Assembly: GCA_023205875.1 (NCBI GenBank)
Contig: CP060766.1
Span: forward strand, 434,001 to 498,000
Reading direction: 5' to 3'
DNA: 64,000 bases
From: Chloropicon primus
Lineage: Eukaryota
Under the pieces are notes generated by a model that made no database searches, was not told where the DNA came from, and saw nothing but the letters and a program-made list of their open reading frames with translations. Below, piece by piece: positions 11,421-22,564 of this stretch; positions within the stretch are counted from its first letter, which is position 1; every line of letters begins with the position of its first letter. A program made the translations under genes and the position numbers.

Positions 11421-12166
11421 ATGGCGCGCAAGAAGCTGGCGGAGAGGCTGAACGGACCCGATGGCGAAGCGTTGAAGGCCTCGCGAGCGAGCGGAGTCGT
11501 CGTGAAGAACCTCAACAAGAGGCGAGCTTTTCCCGTCCCGTGGACACCAGAGGAGCACCAACTTTTTTTGAGTGGGGTGGACAAGTACGGCAAGGGGGAG
11601 TGGCGGAAGGTAGCGGCGGAGTTCGTGACGACGAGGACCGTCCAGCAAGTCCGCGACCACGCCAAGGGCCACTTCAAGAAGTTGGGAGAGAAGGCGTCGG
11701 GCCCCAACCACTGGCAGCACCGTTGGAAACCTGACGAGCACGAGAGGTTCATGGAGGGGCTAAGGGTACTTGGCAAGTCCAACTGGACGGCCATAGCGAA
11801 GAATTACGTGAGGACCAAGTCGCCTCAGCAGGTCACCAGCCATGCCGTCAAGCACTTCAAGGTAAGACATTCATTCCGTGACGTCTGTTTTGTTCTAGTC
11901 CACCCCGCATCGACGGCGATGCACGCCGCTCTCTCCATCTCTCCATCTCTCTCTCGTGCTAACGGGCCTCGTTGCCTTTGCAGAAAACCGGCGAGCCGTT
12001 CTGCGATCCGAAGCCTCCGAAGGAGCCCAAGCTGAAGGCTCCAAGGCAGAACCCTGCGCAGGAGATGGCCGTCGGTGGCGAACCGACAATCAGAACGAAG
12101 TTAAAGGACACCGTGGCGTGGCACGCAGAGTCTCTGATGACCTTGACCGACACCACCCAGCAGTAA
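11421..12166 (+). CDS. Myb-related transcription factor with two SHAQKY-like repeats; exons 11421-11861, 11984-12166
   Basis: PWTPEEHQLFLSGVDKYGKGEW..V.TRTVQQVRDHA and WKPDEHERFMEGLRVLGKSNW..YVRTKSPQQVTSHA; intron gtaaga...gctaac...ttgcag. Confidence 0.9.
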
Positions 12167-12255
12167 ACACCCAGCAGACAAGGGGTTTTGGGACTTTTCG
12201 CTCGTGTTTCATTCGGTTTTTGTTTGCAATTACACTTTTACCTTTGCTTCTAGTT

Positions 12256-13239
12256 TTACAGGTGGTGCGGTTGAGGAGGCTTGGCCCCTTGTCCGGAAAC
12301 CTTCATGTCACCAAGAAGCTCCCCGACCTTCTCCGCGCTCTTATTGCTCTCCAAAGTCTTCTTGTAGTTCTCATTGTATTCCTCCACGGAGGCATCGACG
12401 AGGTTGAAGAACTCGTCCATGCCGGACCCCGTGACGCTGGAGACTCCAACGCTTGGCATGTTGCCATAAAAGTCCTCGAGAACGAGCGAGAGCGACCTCG
12501 ATAGAGACGCCGCGTACGACGTGTCAGTGCTAATGGCCTGCTGGTAGTTCTCGAAGTCCTTCATCCACTCGATTGCGAACTCGTGCCTGCTTATGTCACA
12601 CTTGTTGTACACAAGAATCATCGGAAGCTTGTACTTGTAGAGGACCGAGCAAGCCTGGAGCATGTTGCTCATGAAAGTTCTGGGCTCGGTGCACTTGGGG
12701 GTATCGACCACAAATGCGATGCAGGTTGGGAACTGGGAGGCAAAGCTCTCTGCGAAGATTTGTCCACTTGCACTCCAAGTGAACACCTCTATCTGCCCAG
12801 GTGTGTCCCCAATAATGTAGTTGATGGCCTCACCCCGCTCGTCCTCGTCCTCGCCGTCCTCGTCCGCCGTACGCTCCAGACCGGACTCCTGCGCAGCCCT
12901 CCGCTCACAGAGCTCCACAACTTGGTCAAACTTTGTGGCAAACAGATTCACTGCCGTCAGAAGCCCTCCGTTCGGTCCCAACCCGTACTCCTGCATCAGC
13001 TCCTTGTAATGCACAGTGTCTCTAATGTCGATGTTGGCCTCATAGGGGACGTGTGTCACTGCAGGATCCAAGTTGATGACGTAAGGAAGGCAAACGTCCT
13101 CCTCCTTCATGCCATTGGCTTTCTGATGCAGATGAGCGATGCACCTCTGGACGAAAGTTGTCTTCCCGCTGCCCGCCATTCCCATGGTCAGCACAACCAC
13201 AGGCTTCCTCTTGCCCTCCTCCCTCCTCTCGTCCGGCAT
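12256..13239 (-). CDS. GPN1: GPN-loop GTPase 1 (XAB1/Npa3)
   Basis: [46 protein letters not shown]. Confidence 0.95.
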   Translation of the reverse strand: MPDERREEGKRKPVVVLTMGMAGSGKTTFVQRCIAHLHQKANGMKEEDVCLPYVINLDPAVTHVPYEANIDIRDTVHYKELMQEYGLGPNGGLLTAVNLFATKFDQVVELCERRAAQESGLERTADEDGEDEDERGEAINYIIGDTPGQIEVFTWSASGQIFAESFASQFPTCIAFVVDTPKCTEPRTFMSNMLQACSVLYKYKLPMILVYNKCDISRHEFAIEWMKDFENYQQAISTDTSYAASLSRSLSLVLEDFYGNMPSVGVSSVTGSGMDEFFNLVDASVEEYNENYKKTLESNKSAEKVGELLGDMKVSGQGAKPPQPHHL

Positions 13240-13604
13240 GACGGCCACGTTGGTCCGCTACACGGGCAAGTGACACACCAAACGAAAGCCCGAGAGATGA
13301 AGATTCCCGTGACAATCTCTTCCTCGACTCTTTCCCTCACACTCGTTCCGCAATCCCTCCCTCAACCCTTCGCTTCGCTTCGCTCGCTCCTCTGCTGGCG
13401 GCCAAGGTGCACACTCTTCTCCACGAGGACGGCGACCTTGGCCACGAACAACCAGAGGAGGAAACCGTAAACGGTTTCGCCCGGAAGAAGCGTTACGACC
13501 CTCCATCCAGCGTAACGCACGGGTCAACCGGCCCCCGATTGGCGTGCGCAACAAGCCTCGCTTCCTTGCATGGCTTGCATGGCTTGCATTGATTGCATTG
13601 AGGG

Positions 13605-14111
13605 ATGAGGCATGAGATGGAGGGTAGGAAGGTGAAGGCTGTGACGAAGCTTCTTTACGAGACGAGGGATAGAAGCGGAGGAGGTGGTGAGGGCTTCGAG
13701 CTCGAGTCGAGGAGGAGGACCAGCGAGTTGCTCACGAGGGTGCAGAACTTTTTGCCAAAGATTGCAAAGGCGAATGAGGAGATGGAGGTGAAGGAGGATG
13801 CAGCAAGGGAAGGGGATGGGGAGGAGGGGGAGGGCCAGGGGCAGGAGGAGGGGGAGCAGGAGGAGGAGGAGGCCTACGTTGAGATGGACGTGGCAATCGC
13901 TCCATCTGAGTTGGCCAGCCGCATCGAAGAGGCGGTGTGCACCGCGGCGGCGAACGCTGCAGGGGGAGAGGAACCAAGGGGTGAAGTGGAGGAGGAGGAA
14001 GCAAGCGGGGCAGAGGAGGAGGGGGAGGGCCATCACCTTGGTCCTGGGAGGGAGGGACTCGGCGAGGAGGCCAAAGGAACCAAGAGGCGGAAGCTGATCG
14101 AGGAGCTCTGA
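13605..14111 (+). CDS. Acidic protein resembling NOP58 chaperone NOPCHAP1 / DUF4598
   Basis: SELLTRVQNFLPKIAKANEEM, acidic linker, YVEMDV, C-terminal KLIEEL; pattern recalled for this family. Confidence 0.65.
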   Translation: MRHEMEGRKVKAVTKLLYETRDRSGGGGEGFELESRRRTSELLTRVQNFLPKIAKANEEMEVKEDAAREGDGEEGEGQGQEEGEQEEEEAYVEMDVAIAPSELASRIEEAVCTAAANAAGGEEPRGEVEEEEASGAEEEGEGHHLGPGREGLGEEAKGTKRRKLIEEL

Positions 14112-14234
14112 GAGTCGGCAAAACAATACATTGTAAACATATACAAGTCAAGTGCTTGCACTGCTACTTATTGTACAACGAAACAAAGCCAAGCACTGGC
14201 CCTGGAGATACATCGAAAGCTCTCTCCTTCCAAA

Positions 14235-14960
14235 TCACAGGTTCGAGAAGTCGTCTGCCGAGGGAAACAGAAAGCTCAGCGAGTCAGTCAAGTGGTGTGC
14301 TCGGGGAAGCCCAACACACACAAAGGTTCAGGTTGATCCTTCCGTCGTCGTCGTCGTCGTGGACTTACAGGCAATTTGCAAAAAGTACTCGTAGTCGAGA
14401 CTTGCAATGAGGTAATCCAAGCAGACAGCCCAGCCGTTCTCATTCTCGAGCTTCTCCCTCAAGCAGGCTTCGTAAAGCTCGTCCGGGCTCTTGCTGTTCT
14501 CCTTCAAAAAAGTCTGCAAGAACTTCTCAATCATCTCACCCTTTGGGACACCAGAAGGAGAGGCAGAGAGAGAGAGAGAGAGGAAGGGAGGCCAAGCAGA
14601 AGCGTCAGTGGCAAGGTCCACAGGTCAGAGTGCGAGTCACAGGGGCCAGACACCGGACACTTACGTATGAGGTGAAGATATCGTAGTTGCTCAGTGGATG
14701 GGTCTCCTCCAAGTCGTTCTCGCCGGTCTGCGTGCCCACGTAGTGGAGCTTGTTCGCACAGCCATGAAAGTAATCGCCAACCTCTACCATGATTTCCGGC
14801 GAGGTGAAGTACTCCTGAGCAAAGAAAGTCAGCAAAGGTGACAACCTTGGCACAACCTTGGCACAACCAGAGAAGAGGAAATTTAAGTTGTCCCAGAACT
14901 TACCTCAAGCTTCTGTACCAGGTCGTTATGCTGTTCGCTCGCTTCGCTGCATTGTTCCAT
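14235..14960 (-). CDS. ARL2/ARL3-binding BART-domain protein; exons 14960-14904, 14814-14665, 14540-14369, 14254-14235
   Basis: Four exons with GTAAGT donors join in frame: ...ETHPLSNYDIFTSYGEMIEKFLQTFL...LDYLIASLDYEYFLQIAYDFSNL*, matching the BART pattern. Confidence 0.75.
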
Positions 14961-15557
14961 ACTGTTCACGCCTGAGATCTCGACAACAACCATCACAACG
15001 CTTTACTTGTCCCTCTCCTTTGCACCTCGGTCAAAACTGTCCAAGGAAAGAGACCAAAGCCAACCCAACCACTTTAGTAGGTATGCAGTCCAAAACGTCC
15101 TCCTCCGTGGGCCACACCTTTCGACCGAGAGGTCAAACGAAAGAGGAGGAGAAGAAGGTTCCGAATGATTTGCGCCTCCCTTTCACCTTCACCTTCCTCT
15201 TCCTCTTCCTCTTCGTCTAACACAAGCCTTACCTTCTCCTCGCTTTCGGTCCTGCACACTGCAGCTGTCTTCAAAACAATTGAATACGAGGAGAGACTGA
15301 CTGGATGGAAAACGGTTTGGAGATGAAGAGGAAGGAAAGGGAAAGTCGTCGTCGTCGGGAGAGGCACTGCTTCGTTTGAAGAGGTGCTGTCTGATCAGGA
15401 TGCTGCAAAATCTCCGGTCCTGAACCCAGTACTTGTCTCCACAAGCACCTGCCTCGGCTCGGGTCTTCCCCTCGACGGTATCCACGACAACAAAGAATCA
15501 CAAAGTTAGATACATAACTTATATATATATACATCAAAGTCACAGGTGCGGGAGTAC

Positions 15558-16226
15558 TCAAGGTGGAGGACCGCTAGAGTCAGGCATTCCTTGGTTTGCC
15601 TGAACTTGAGCTTGCTCTTTGATGAGGTTCCTGCAGTCTCGGTTGAACCTCTGTTGTCTCAAGCACTCCACGATCACGTCCGCGCCACTGGGTTGGTGCT
15701 CGGTCAGAGTCCTCCCTCCCTTTCCCTTGGGCAAAGTAGGCTGAGTCGCATCGTACCGCTTCAGTTGCTCCTCCATCTCCCTCTCCAATGGGTTCAAGCT
15801 TCCTCCCACGTCGCTCCCTCCGCCGCTGCTGCTGCTGCCGCCTCCGGCTCGAGCAGAGGCCTCGGTCGCGAAAGCGTCGCCGCCCAACCGGTGGTGCTCC
15901 CCCTCCCCCGAGCCCATTGAGGTCGAGGGCATTGCATTCACCGCACTGAAGGGGTCCACCTTGATCCTCGTCGCAGCTTGGATCTGACTCCGTATCCTCT
16001 CCATGTCCTTCATGCTTTGCTGTATGTCCTGCTTCAGTTCAGGGATCTCTGCCTCCCGCATGAGCTGGTTCGCCGTCGTCGCGCTATCACGCAAGTATCT
16101 CGAGGCTCGACCCATGAGGTAGCCGAAGGATCGCGCCGCTCGAGGCAGATCCCTCGGCCCAAGCGTCGCCGCACCCACCACGAACACCAAAGCAATCTGT
16201 CCAAGACTCACATCGAAGAAAACCAT
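15558..16226 (-). CDS. TatB: TatB-like twin-arginine translocase subunit, probably the mitochondrial TatB
   Basis: MVFFDVSLGQIALVFVVGAATLGPRDLPRAARSFG: N-terminal TM, GP hinge and amphipathic helix; no transit peptide before the TM. Confidence 0.8.
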   Translation of the reverse strand: MVFFDVSLGQIALVFVVGAATLGPRDLPRAARSFGYLMGRASRYLRDSATTANQLMREAEIPELKQDIQQSMKDMERIRSQIQAATRIKVDPFSAVNAMPSTSMGSGEGEHHRLGGDAFATEASARAGGGSSSSGGGSDVGGSLNPLEREMEEQLKRYDATQPTLPKGKGGRTLTEHQPSGADVIVECLRQQRFNRDCRNLIKEQAQVQANQGMPDSSGPPP

Positions 16227-16529
16227 TTGTATACGTTTCCTCTCTCTAGAGTTACGAAAAAAACGCAACGAGGAACCAATGCCATGCGATGTGATACGAT
16301 GCCTCGCCTCTCTCTTGTAGTGGATGGACGCCTTCCTCCCGACTCTCTCCCTCTCCCTCTCTACCGTTCCATCGCGTTTGCTCCTCTGCCTCGTCTCGTC
16401 CTCTTCTCGCTGGACACAACACCAATCGGCGTCAAAACCCTGCAATGGGGGGCTCTTTGGAAAGACCGAAAGACGGAGATTCCTTTCGTACGATTGACTT
16501 GCCCCTCCTCCGTCGCCCTCGGACCCAAA

Positions 16530-16532
<3 letters not shown>

Positions 16533-16572
<40 letters not shown>

Positions 16573-16590
16573 CTCGCTCTCGCTGTCTCT
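16533..16590. repeat. (CT)n / (CTCTCG)n microsatellite
   Basis: Direct reading. Confidence 0.9.
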
Positions 16591-17028
16591 CAGATTTCAA
16601 GAAAATTTTTTGCTCTTCCCGCGGAGCCAGGAGTTCAGAGGTGACCCAAAGGTGACGAGGTGAGTGATGGTTTGAGGACAGACTAAGGGGAGAGGGGGGA
16701 ACAAAGGTGGCTTAGATGGAAGCTTCACATCTTTATCTTTCTAAAATGCCCTCCCTTGGAACGAGGAACGACGTGGTGAGGATTCTGTGACTGAATGACT
16801 TTTGTTTGTGCTTGTTGTGCTTGTTCAGGGTGGCCAGGGCATAGAGGGAGGGGGAGGGCAGAGGGCGGAGAGTCAAAGCAGGGGCCAGGTGGAGCGTCTT
16901 GAGAAGATTTTGGTGCCACCTCCTGCCTCGTTGCTTCTTCTCGTCTTACTTTGAGACCTCTTGTTCACGCAGTTTGTTGTTCCTTCTCGAGTGTGTTGGT
17001 GGTTGGGTTGGGCACCACAGCTTGAGTC

Positions 17029-18501
17029 ATGGTGGACCTTCCCGGTTTCAAGGGCATCAGCTTCAGCTCGGAGTACTGGGGGAGCGGGTTCACGAGGAGG
17101 AAGTTGAGGGCGATCTGGATCACCGTCGTGGTCCTCGCTGTCGGTGGTCTCTTCCCCACTTCGATATATTTGTTTTACAGGGACCACACCTCAGCCCGGC
17201 AAGTTATACTTGTGTTGGGGAGCATATTCACCTTTTTGGCTGTGCCAACGACGCTGTACGGGATATGGCAGCATGTCAGCAACTATACGCAGCCCCTGCT
17301 GCAGCGGTACATCATCAGGATCCTTTGGATGGTCCCGATATACGCGCTGGACTCTTGGTTGGTCCTGATCCTGACGAAGACTTGCATGGCAAAGTACTCG
17401 TACGTGCCGGACATGGTTACGCTGAGCTACGAGGCGTACACGGTGTACAACTTTTTCGAGTACCTCATCAAGTACTTGGAGATCTCTTCGGGAATGACTG
17501 CTGGGGAGCTCTTGGAGAGCAAGCACTTTGAGAGCAGCGAGGGCGGCGTTAGCCACGAGGTGGAGCACCTCCCGCCCTTCCAGTTCAAGTGGAGGGACAA
17601 GCTGGACTTCAAGATCCTCGACCCTTGGCCGGTCGGGGAGGTCTTCGTCTCGAGGTGCAAGTGGGGGGTGATGTCCTACGTGTTGTTCTCGCCCCTCTAC
17701 CTCATCGTCTCGATCAGTTACGAGTCTGTCCACAACGACGTCGCCGAGAAGCGGATGTTCCAGTTCGATTCCTTGCTCTTCTACTTCACGCTGGCCCAGT
17801 CCGCGATCAGCGTGTGGGCGGTCTACTGCCTCGTGCTGTTTTACCACGAGGCCCGCAACGAGCTCAAGCCCATCAAGCCTCTGGGCAAGTTCCTCTCGAT
17901 CAAGGGAATCGTGTTCGTGACGTTCTGGCAGAGCATCATGCTCCAGTGGTTCGGAAGCCTCTGGATCGACGAGAAGGGGGACATTTACGACAAGAACCAC
18001 GGCTTGTGGGACTGTCCGTACAGCAAGTTTCACGTCACGCAGGCCCTCAACAGCTTTTTGCTCTGCATCGAGATGTTCATCCTGTCCTTTGCCTTTGCGT
18101 TCAGCTTCCCCTCCAGCGAGTTCAAGATACCGATCGACGCCACCGGCTTCATGCTGGACGACGAGGACGGCGGGGACGTCACCGTCCTGCCGAGGAGCTC
18201 CATCAGGCCCAAGCTCAGGGCCCTGTTCGACATCGGGGACGTTCACGACGACGTGATGATGCACACGTCCAAAATCGGGGAGGAGATCGGCAGCGGGGTG
18301 TCGAGGTCCTTCCGGCAGGTATGGAGGTCGTCAACCATGTTCGTCAGGCGACTCTTCGGTTACGACAGCTACCACTACGGGTACCTGCTGCAGAACAACA
18401 GGAGCGGCAAGAGCTACCAGTCCACCGCGTACACGGCCCCAGAAGTCCCCGCTGGCAAGTACGACAACTTGGACGACGTCCTGACTCCGATTAAGGACTG
18501 A
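17029..18501 (+). CDS. TMEM184 / OST-alpha (DUF300, LAZ1-like) membrane protein
   Basis: HVSNYTQPLLQRYIIRILWMVPIYA, YEAYTVYNF, PIKPLGKFLSIKGIVFVTFWQ, FLLCIEM. Confidence 0.93.
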   Translation: MVDLPGFKGISFSSEYWGSGFTRRKLRAIWITVVVLAVGGLFPTSIYLFYRDHTSARQVILVLGSIFTFLAVPTTLYGIWQHVSNYTQPLLQRYIIRILWMVPIYALDSWLVLILTKTCMAKYSYVPDMVTLSYEAYTVYNFFEYLIKYLEISSGMTAGELLESKHFESSEGGVSHEVEHLPPFQFKWRDKLDFKILDPWPVGEVFVSRCKWGVMSYVLFSPLYLIVSISYESVHNDVAEKRMFQFDSLLFYFTLAQSAISVWAVYCLVLFYHEARNELKPIKPLGKFLSIKGIVFVTFWQSIMLQWFGSLWIDEKGDIYDKNHGLWDCPYSKFHVTQALNSFLLCIEMFILSFAFAFSFPSSEFKIPIDATGFMLDDEDGGDVTVLPRSSIRPKLRALFDIGDVHDDVMMHTSKIGEEIGSGVSRSFRQVWRSSTMFVRRLFGYDSYHYGYLLQNNRSGKSYQSTAYTAPEVPAGKYDNLDDVLTPIKD

Positions 18502-19234
18502 CTGAGGGGGAAGCAGCAAAAAAAAGGAGGAGGGGACGACTTTGGAGACAAGAAGTCCGTCCGAATCGCCAACGCGAGCGGCAGGGAGAGGAGGAAATCC
18601 GTGGCCTTCTCCTCTGCGAGCCCAGCGAGGACGCCAGGATCGATGTCGGATGGTCACGATCGCGGAGTCCTAGCGCGCGAGGTACCTCAAGAGGAGGTTC
18701 ATCTCCGGGCATCTCGGAAGACCTCCAGTAGCAACTCGAGATAGGTTGCAGGGTTTTGGTGCAGGGTTTTGGTGCAAGGCCGAGATGCAGGGTCGTCGTG
18801 GACAAGCTCCATTACAATACAATATATGTATTCGAGGTGAGCGTACATCACTCACCCAACTGTAACGAAGAAATGTTTGTTCAAACATGGAACTTCCATG
18901 CCGCTGGACGATCGAGGTCGGTCGGTCCCTCCGCAGTTATTATCTGCTCCTGTTCCTCCTGCAACGTCCTGGCCCTGCCTCCTTCGAGGGGAGGCCCCAT
19001 TTCAATCGTGTCCGTGGGATGAATGTCACCTGTCCATGGGATGAGTGTAACGGCAATCCGTCCGAGGGTCTTCGGGGGCTTGCCATGGCGTCGCCGCACC
19101 AATAATAGGAGATATTATTCCATCCCCTGGACTCCTCCTCCTCTCAAAAAGACAGAGCACCTCGTCGCACAAGAACGAAACAAACACAAACCCGGTTCAA
19201 CAGTCAAGCAACACCGAAGGAAGACAAGATTACG

Positions 19235-19864
19235 ATGATCGGTAACAAGATCACCAGCCTCGCCATCATCGCTGCCCTCTGCGCAGCGGGTGTCTCCGCC
19301 ACCGATGAGCTCGAGCACGAGTGGAAGAACCACGCTTCCGCCAAGGCCGAGGGAAAGTCCACGTCCAGGACCGGTCCAATCATCCTCCGTAGACGTGGAC
19401 GCGGAGGAAGAATGAGACGTCCCATACTCCCCTTGTACGACGCCGTTGCGGACACCACGTCCCACGCCGATGCCGATTGCTACGGAGAGGACTGCGGCGC
19501 AGCGGCCGAAGCCATTTCGACGGCTTTCGCTGACGATGGCTGGGGCACCAGTGCGATGTCCTTGTCCATGTCCGACGCCGCGGCTGTGATCGAGGACACC
19601 GTCTCCGACGCCGTCGCCAGGGTCGTGGAGGACAGCCAAGTTTCTGGACCCCGCGGCAGGGCCAGTGCCCACGGAACCGCCTACGGTGACGCGCACTCCT
19701 ACCTCTGGAAGAAGGACCATGGAGACACCCCTGTGGACCCTACGCCTCCACCACCAGAGCACCACTGGAGCGACTACCCCAAGTGGGGCTACAAGCCCAA
19801 GTGGGGCTACAAGCCCAAGTGGGGCTGGGCCCACGAGGCCCACGCCGAGGCTGGCGAGGATTAA
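19235..19864 (+). CDS. Secreted Ala-rich protein with CYGEDC motif, Pro hinge and (PKWGY) repeats, copy 1
   Basis: Signal-peptide-like MIGNKITSLAIIAALCAAGVSA; GC3-rich codons; conserved in three copies. Confidence 0.85.
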   Translation: MIGNKITSLAIIAALCAAGVSATDELEHEWKNHASAKAEGKSTSRTGPIILRRRGRGGRMRRPILPLYDAVADTTSHADADCYGEDCGAAAEAISTAFADDGWGTSAMSLSMSDAAAVIEDTVSDAVARVVEDSQVSGPRGRASAHGTAYGDAHSYLWKKDHGDTPVDPTPPPPEHHWSDYPKWGYKPKWGYKPKWGWAHEAHAEAGED

Positions 19865-20364
19865 GCCCATTCGGTCGCCACCCGCTCGGCTCTTCCGTTG
19901 GCCCTCCCGCCGCCGCGTTGGCCCAATGTGCATGTTGTGCATGTCCCCACTTTCCTCAGAAGACGCCGAGCCTCTTCTCTTAACGTACATCACCAACTGT
20001 AACGAAGAAATGCTTGTTCAAGAAAGTCCCTGCTCCAGTCGTTCAGGCGATCGAGTACCTCCGCAGTTATTATCTGCTCCTGTTCCTCCTGCAACGTCCT
20101 GGCCCTGCCTCCTTCGAGGGGAGGCCCCATTTCAATCGTGTCCGTGGGATGAATGTCACCTGTCCATGGGATGAGTGTAACGGCAATCCGTCCGAGGGTC
20201 TTCGGGGGCTTGCCATGGCGTCGCCGCACCAATAATAGGAGATATTATTCCATCCCCTGGACTCCTCCTCCTCTCAAAAAGACAGAGCACCTCGTCGCAC
20301 AAGAACGAAACAAACACAAACCAGGTTCAACAGTCAAGCAACACCGAAGGAAGACAAGATTACG

Positions 20365-20994
20365 ATGATCGGTAACAAGATCACCAGCCTCGCCATCATC
20401 GCTGCCCTCTGCGCAGCGGGTGTCTCCGCCACCGATGAGCTCGAGCACGAGTGGAAGAACCACGCTTCCGCCAAGGCCGAGGGAAAGTCCACGTCCAGGA
20501 CCGGTCCAATCATCCTCCGTAGACGTGGACGCGGAGGAAGAATGAGACGTCCCATACTCCCCTTGTACGACGCCGTTGCGGACACCACGTCCCACGCCGA
20601 TGCCGATTGCTACGGAGAGGACTGCGGCGCAGCGGCCGAAGCCATTTCGACGGCTTTCGCTGACGATGGCTGGGGCACCAGTGCGATGTCCTTGTCCATG
20701 TCCGACGCCGCGGCTGTGATCGAGGACACCGTCTCCGACGCCGCCGCCAGGGTCGTGGAGGACAGCCAAGTTTCTGGACCCCGCGGCAGCGCCAGTGCCC
20801 ACGGAACCGCCTACGGTGACGCGCACTCCTACCTCTGGAAGAAGGACCATGGAGACACCCCTGTGGACCCTACGCCTCCGCCACCGGAGCACCACTGGAG
20901 CGACTACCCCAAGTGGGGCTACAAGCCCAAGTGGGGCTACAAGCCCAAGTGGGGCTGGGCCCACGAGGCCCACGCCGAGGCTGGCGAGGATTAA
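20365..20994 (+). CDS. Secreted PKWGY-repeat protein, copy 2
   Basis: Differs from copy 1 by V>A, R>S and two synonymous Pro changes. Confidence 0.85.
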   Translation: MIGNKITSLAIIAALCAAGVSATDELEHEWKNHASAKAEGKSTSRTGPIILRRRGRGGRMRRPILPLYDAVADTTSHADADCYGEDCGAAAEAISTAFADDGWGTSAMSLSMSDAAAVIEDTVSDAAARVVEDSQVSGPRGSASAHGTAYGDAHSYLWKKDHGDTPVDPTPPPPEHHWSDYPKWGYKPKWGYKPKWGWAHEAHAEAGED

Positions 20995-21516
20995 GCCCAT
21001 TCGGTCGCCACCCGCTCGGCTCTTCCGTTGGCCCTCCCGCCGCCGCGTTGGCCCAATGTGCATGTTGTGCATGTCCCCACTTTCCTCAGAAGACGCCGAG
21101 CCTCTTCTCTTAACGTACATCACCAACTGTAACGAAGAAATGCTTGTTCAAGAAAGTCCCTGCTCCAGTCGTTCAGGCGATCGAGTACCTCCGCAGTTAT
21201 TATCTGCTCCTGTTCCTCCTGCAACGTCCTGGCCCTGCCTCCTTCGAGGGGAGGCCCCATTTCAATCGTGTCCGTGGGATGAATGTCACCTGTCCATGGG
21301 ATGAGTGTAACGGCAATCCGTCCGAGGGTTTTCGGTGAGGGCCCTCGGGGAATGCGGGGTTTGCCATGGCGTTGTTGCCACTAATAATAGGAGATATTAT
21401 TCCATCCCCTGGACTCCTCCTCCTCTCAAAAAGACAGAGCACCTCGTCGCACAAGAACGAAACAAACACAAACCCGGTTCAACAGTCAAGCAACACCGAA
21501 GGAAGACAAGATTACG

Positions 21517-22113
21517 ATGATCGGTAACAAGATCACCAGCCTCGCCATCATCGCTGCCCTCTGCGCAGCGGGTGTCTCCGCCACCGATGAGCTCGAGCAC
21601 GAGTGGAAGAACCACGCTTCCGCCAAGGCCGAGGGAAAGTCCACGTCCAGGACCGGTCCAATCATCCTCCGTAGACGTGGACGCGGAGGAAGAATGAGAC
21701 GTCCCATACTCCCCTTGTACGACGCCGTTGCGGACACCACGTCCCACGCCGATGCCGATTGCTACGGAGAGGACTGCGGCGCAGCGGCCGAAGCCATTTC
21801 GACGGCTTTCGCTGACGATGGCTGGGGCACCAGTGCGATGTCCTTGTCCATGTCCGACGCCGCGGCTGTGATCGAGGACACCGTCTCCGACGCCGTCGCC
21901 AGGGTCGTGGAGGACAGCCAAGTTTCTGGACCCCGCGGCAGGGCCAGTGCCCACGGAACCGCCTACGGTGACGCGTACTCCTACCTCTGGAAGAAGGACC
22001 ATGGAGACACCCCTGTGGACCCTACGCCTCCACCACCAGAGCACCACTGGAGCGACTACCCCAAGTGGGGCTACAAGCCCAAGTGGGGCTGGGCCCACGC
22101 TGGCGACAAGTAA
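21517..22113 (+). CDS. Secreted PKWGY-repeat protein, copy 3 (one repeat fewer, shorter tail)
   Basis: In-frame 18-nt and 15-nt deletions and an H>Y change relative to copy 1. Confidence 0.85.
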   Translation: MIGNKITSLAIIAALCAAGVSATDELEHEWKNHASAKAEGKSTSRTGPIILRRRGRGGRMRRPILPLYDAVADTTSHADADCYGEDCGAAAEAISTAFADDGWGTSAMSLSMSDAAAVIEDTVSDAVARVVEDSQVSGPRGRASAHGTAYGDAYSYLWKKDHGDTPVDPTPPPPEHHWSDYPKWGYKPKWGWAHAGDK

Positions 22114-22564
22114 GCCCATTCGGTCGCCACCCGCTCGGCTCTTCCGTTGGCCCTCCCGCCGCCGCGTTGGCCCAATGTGCATGTTGTGCATGTCCCCACT
22201 TTCCTCAGAAGACGCCGAGCCTCTTCTCTTAACGTACATCACCAACTGTAACGAAGAAATGCTTGTTCAAGAAAGTCCCTGCTCCAGTCGTTCAGGCGAT
22301 CGAGTACCTCCGCAGTTATTATCTGCTCCTGTTCCTCCTGCAACGTCCTGGCCCTGCCTCCTTCGAGGGGAGGCCCCATTTCAATCGTGTCCGTGGGATG
22401 AATGTCACCTGTCCATGGGATGAGTGTAACGGCAATCCGTCCGAGGGTTTTCGGTGAGGGCTTGCCGCTGAATAAATTCGTCCTCCCTGGACTCCTCCTC
22501 TCCTCCTCACAAAACGACAGAGCACCTTCGATCAACTTGCATTGTTCAATTCACAGCAGCAGCT

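Larger units (their letters stand above)
18842..22526. repeat. Tandem segmental array: three ~1.12-1.14 kb gene-containing units plus a fourth promoter-only partial unit
   Basis: cgtacatc...caactgtaacgaagaaatg starts at 18842, 19984, 21114 and 22233; units are near-identical. Confidence 0.97.

Noticed and set aside
15081..15510. Possible small gene with in-frame TGA (…WKTVWR*RGRKGKVVVV…) after an intron-like segment
   Set aside because: No in-frame ATG, no redox motif and no room for a SECIS before the convergent TatB gene.
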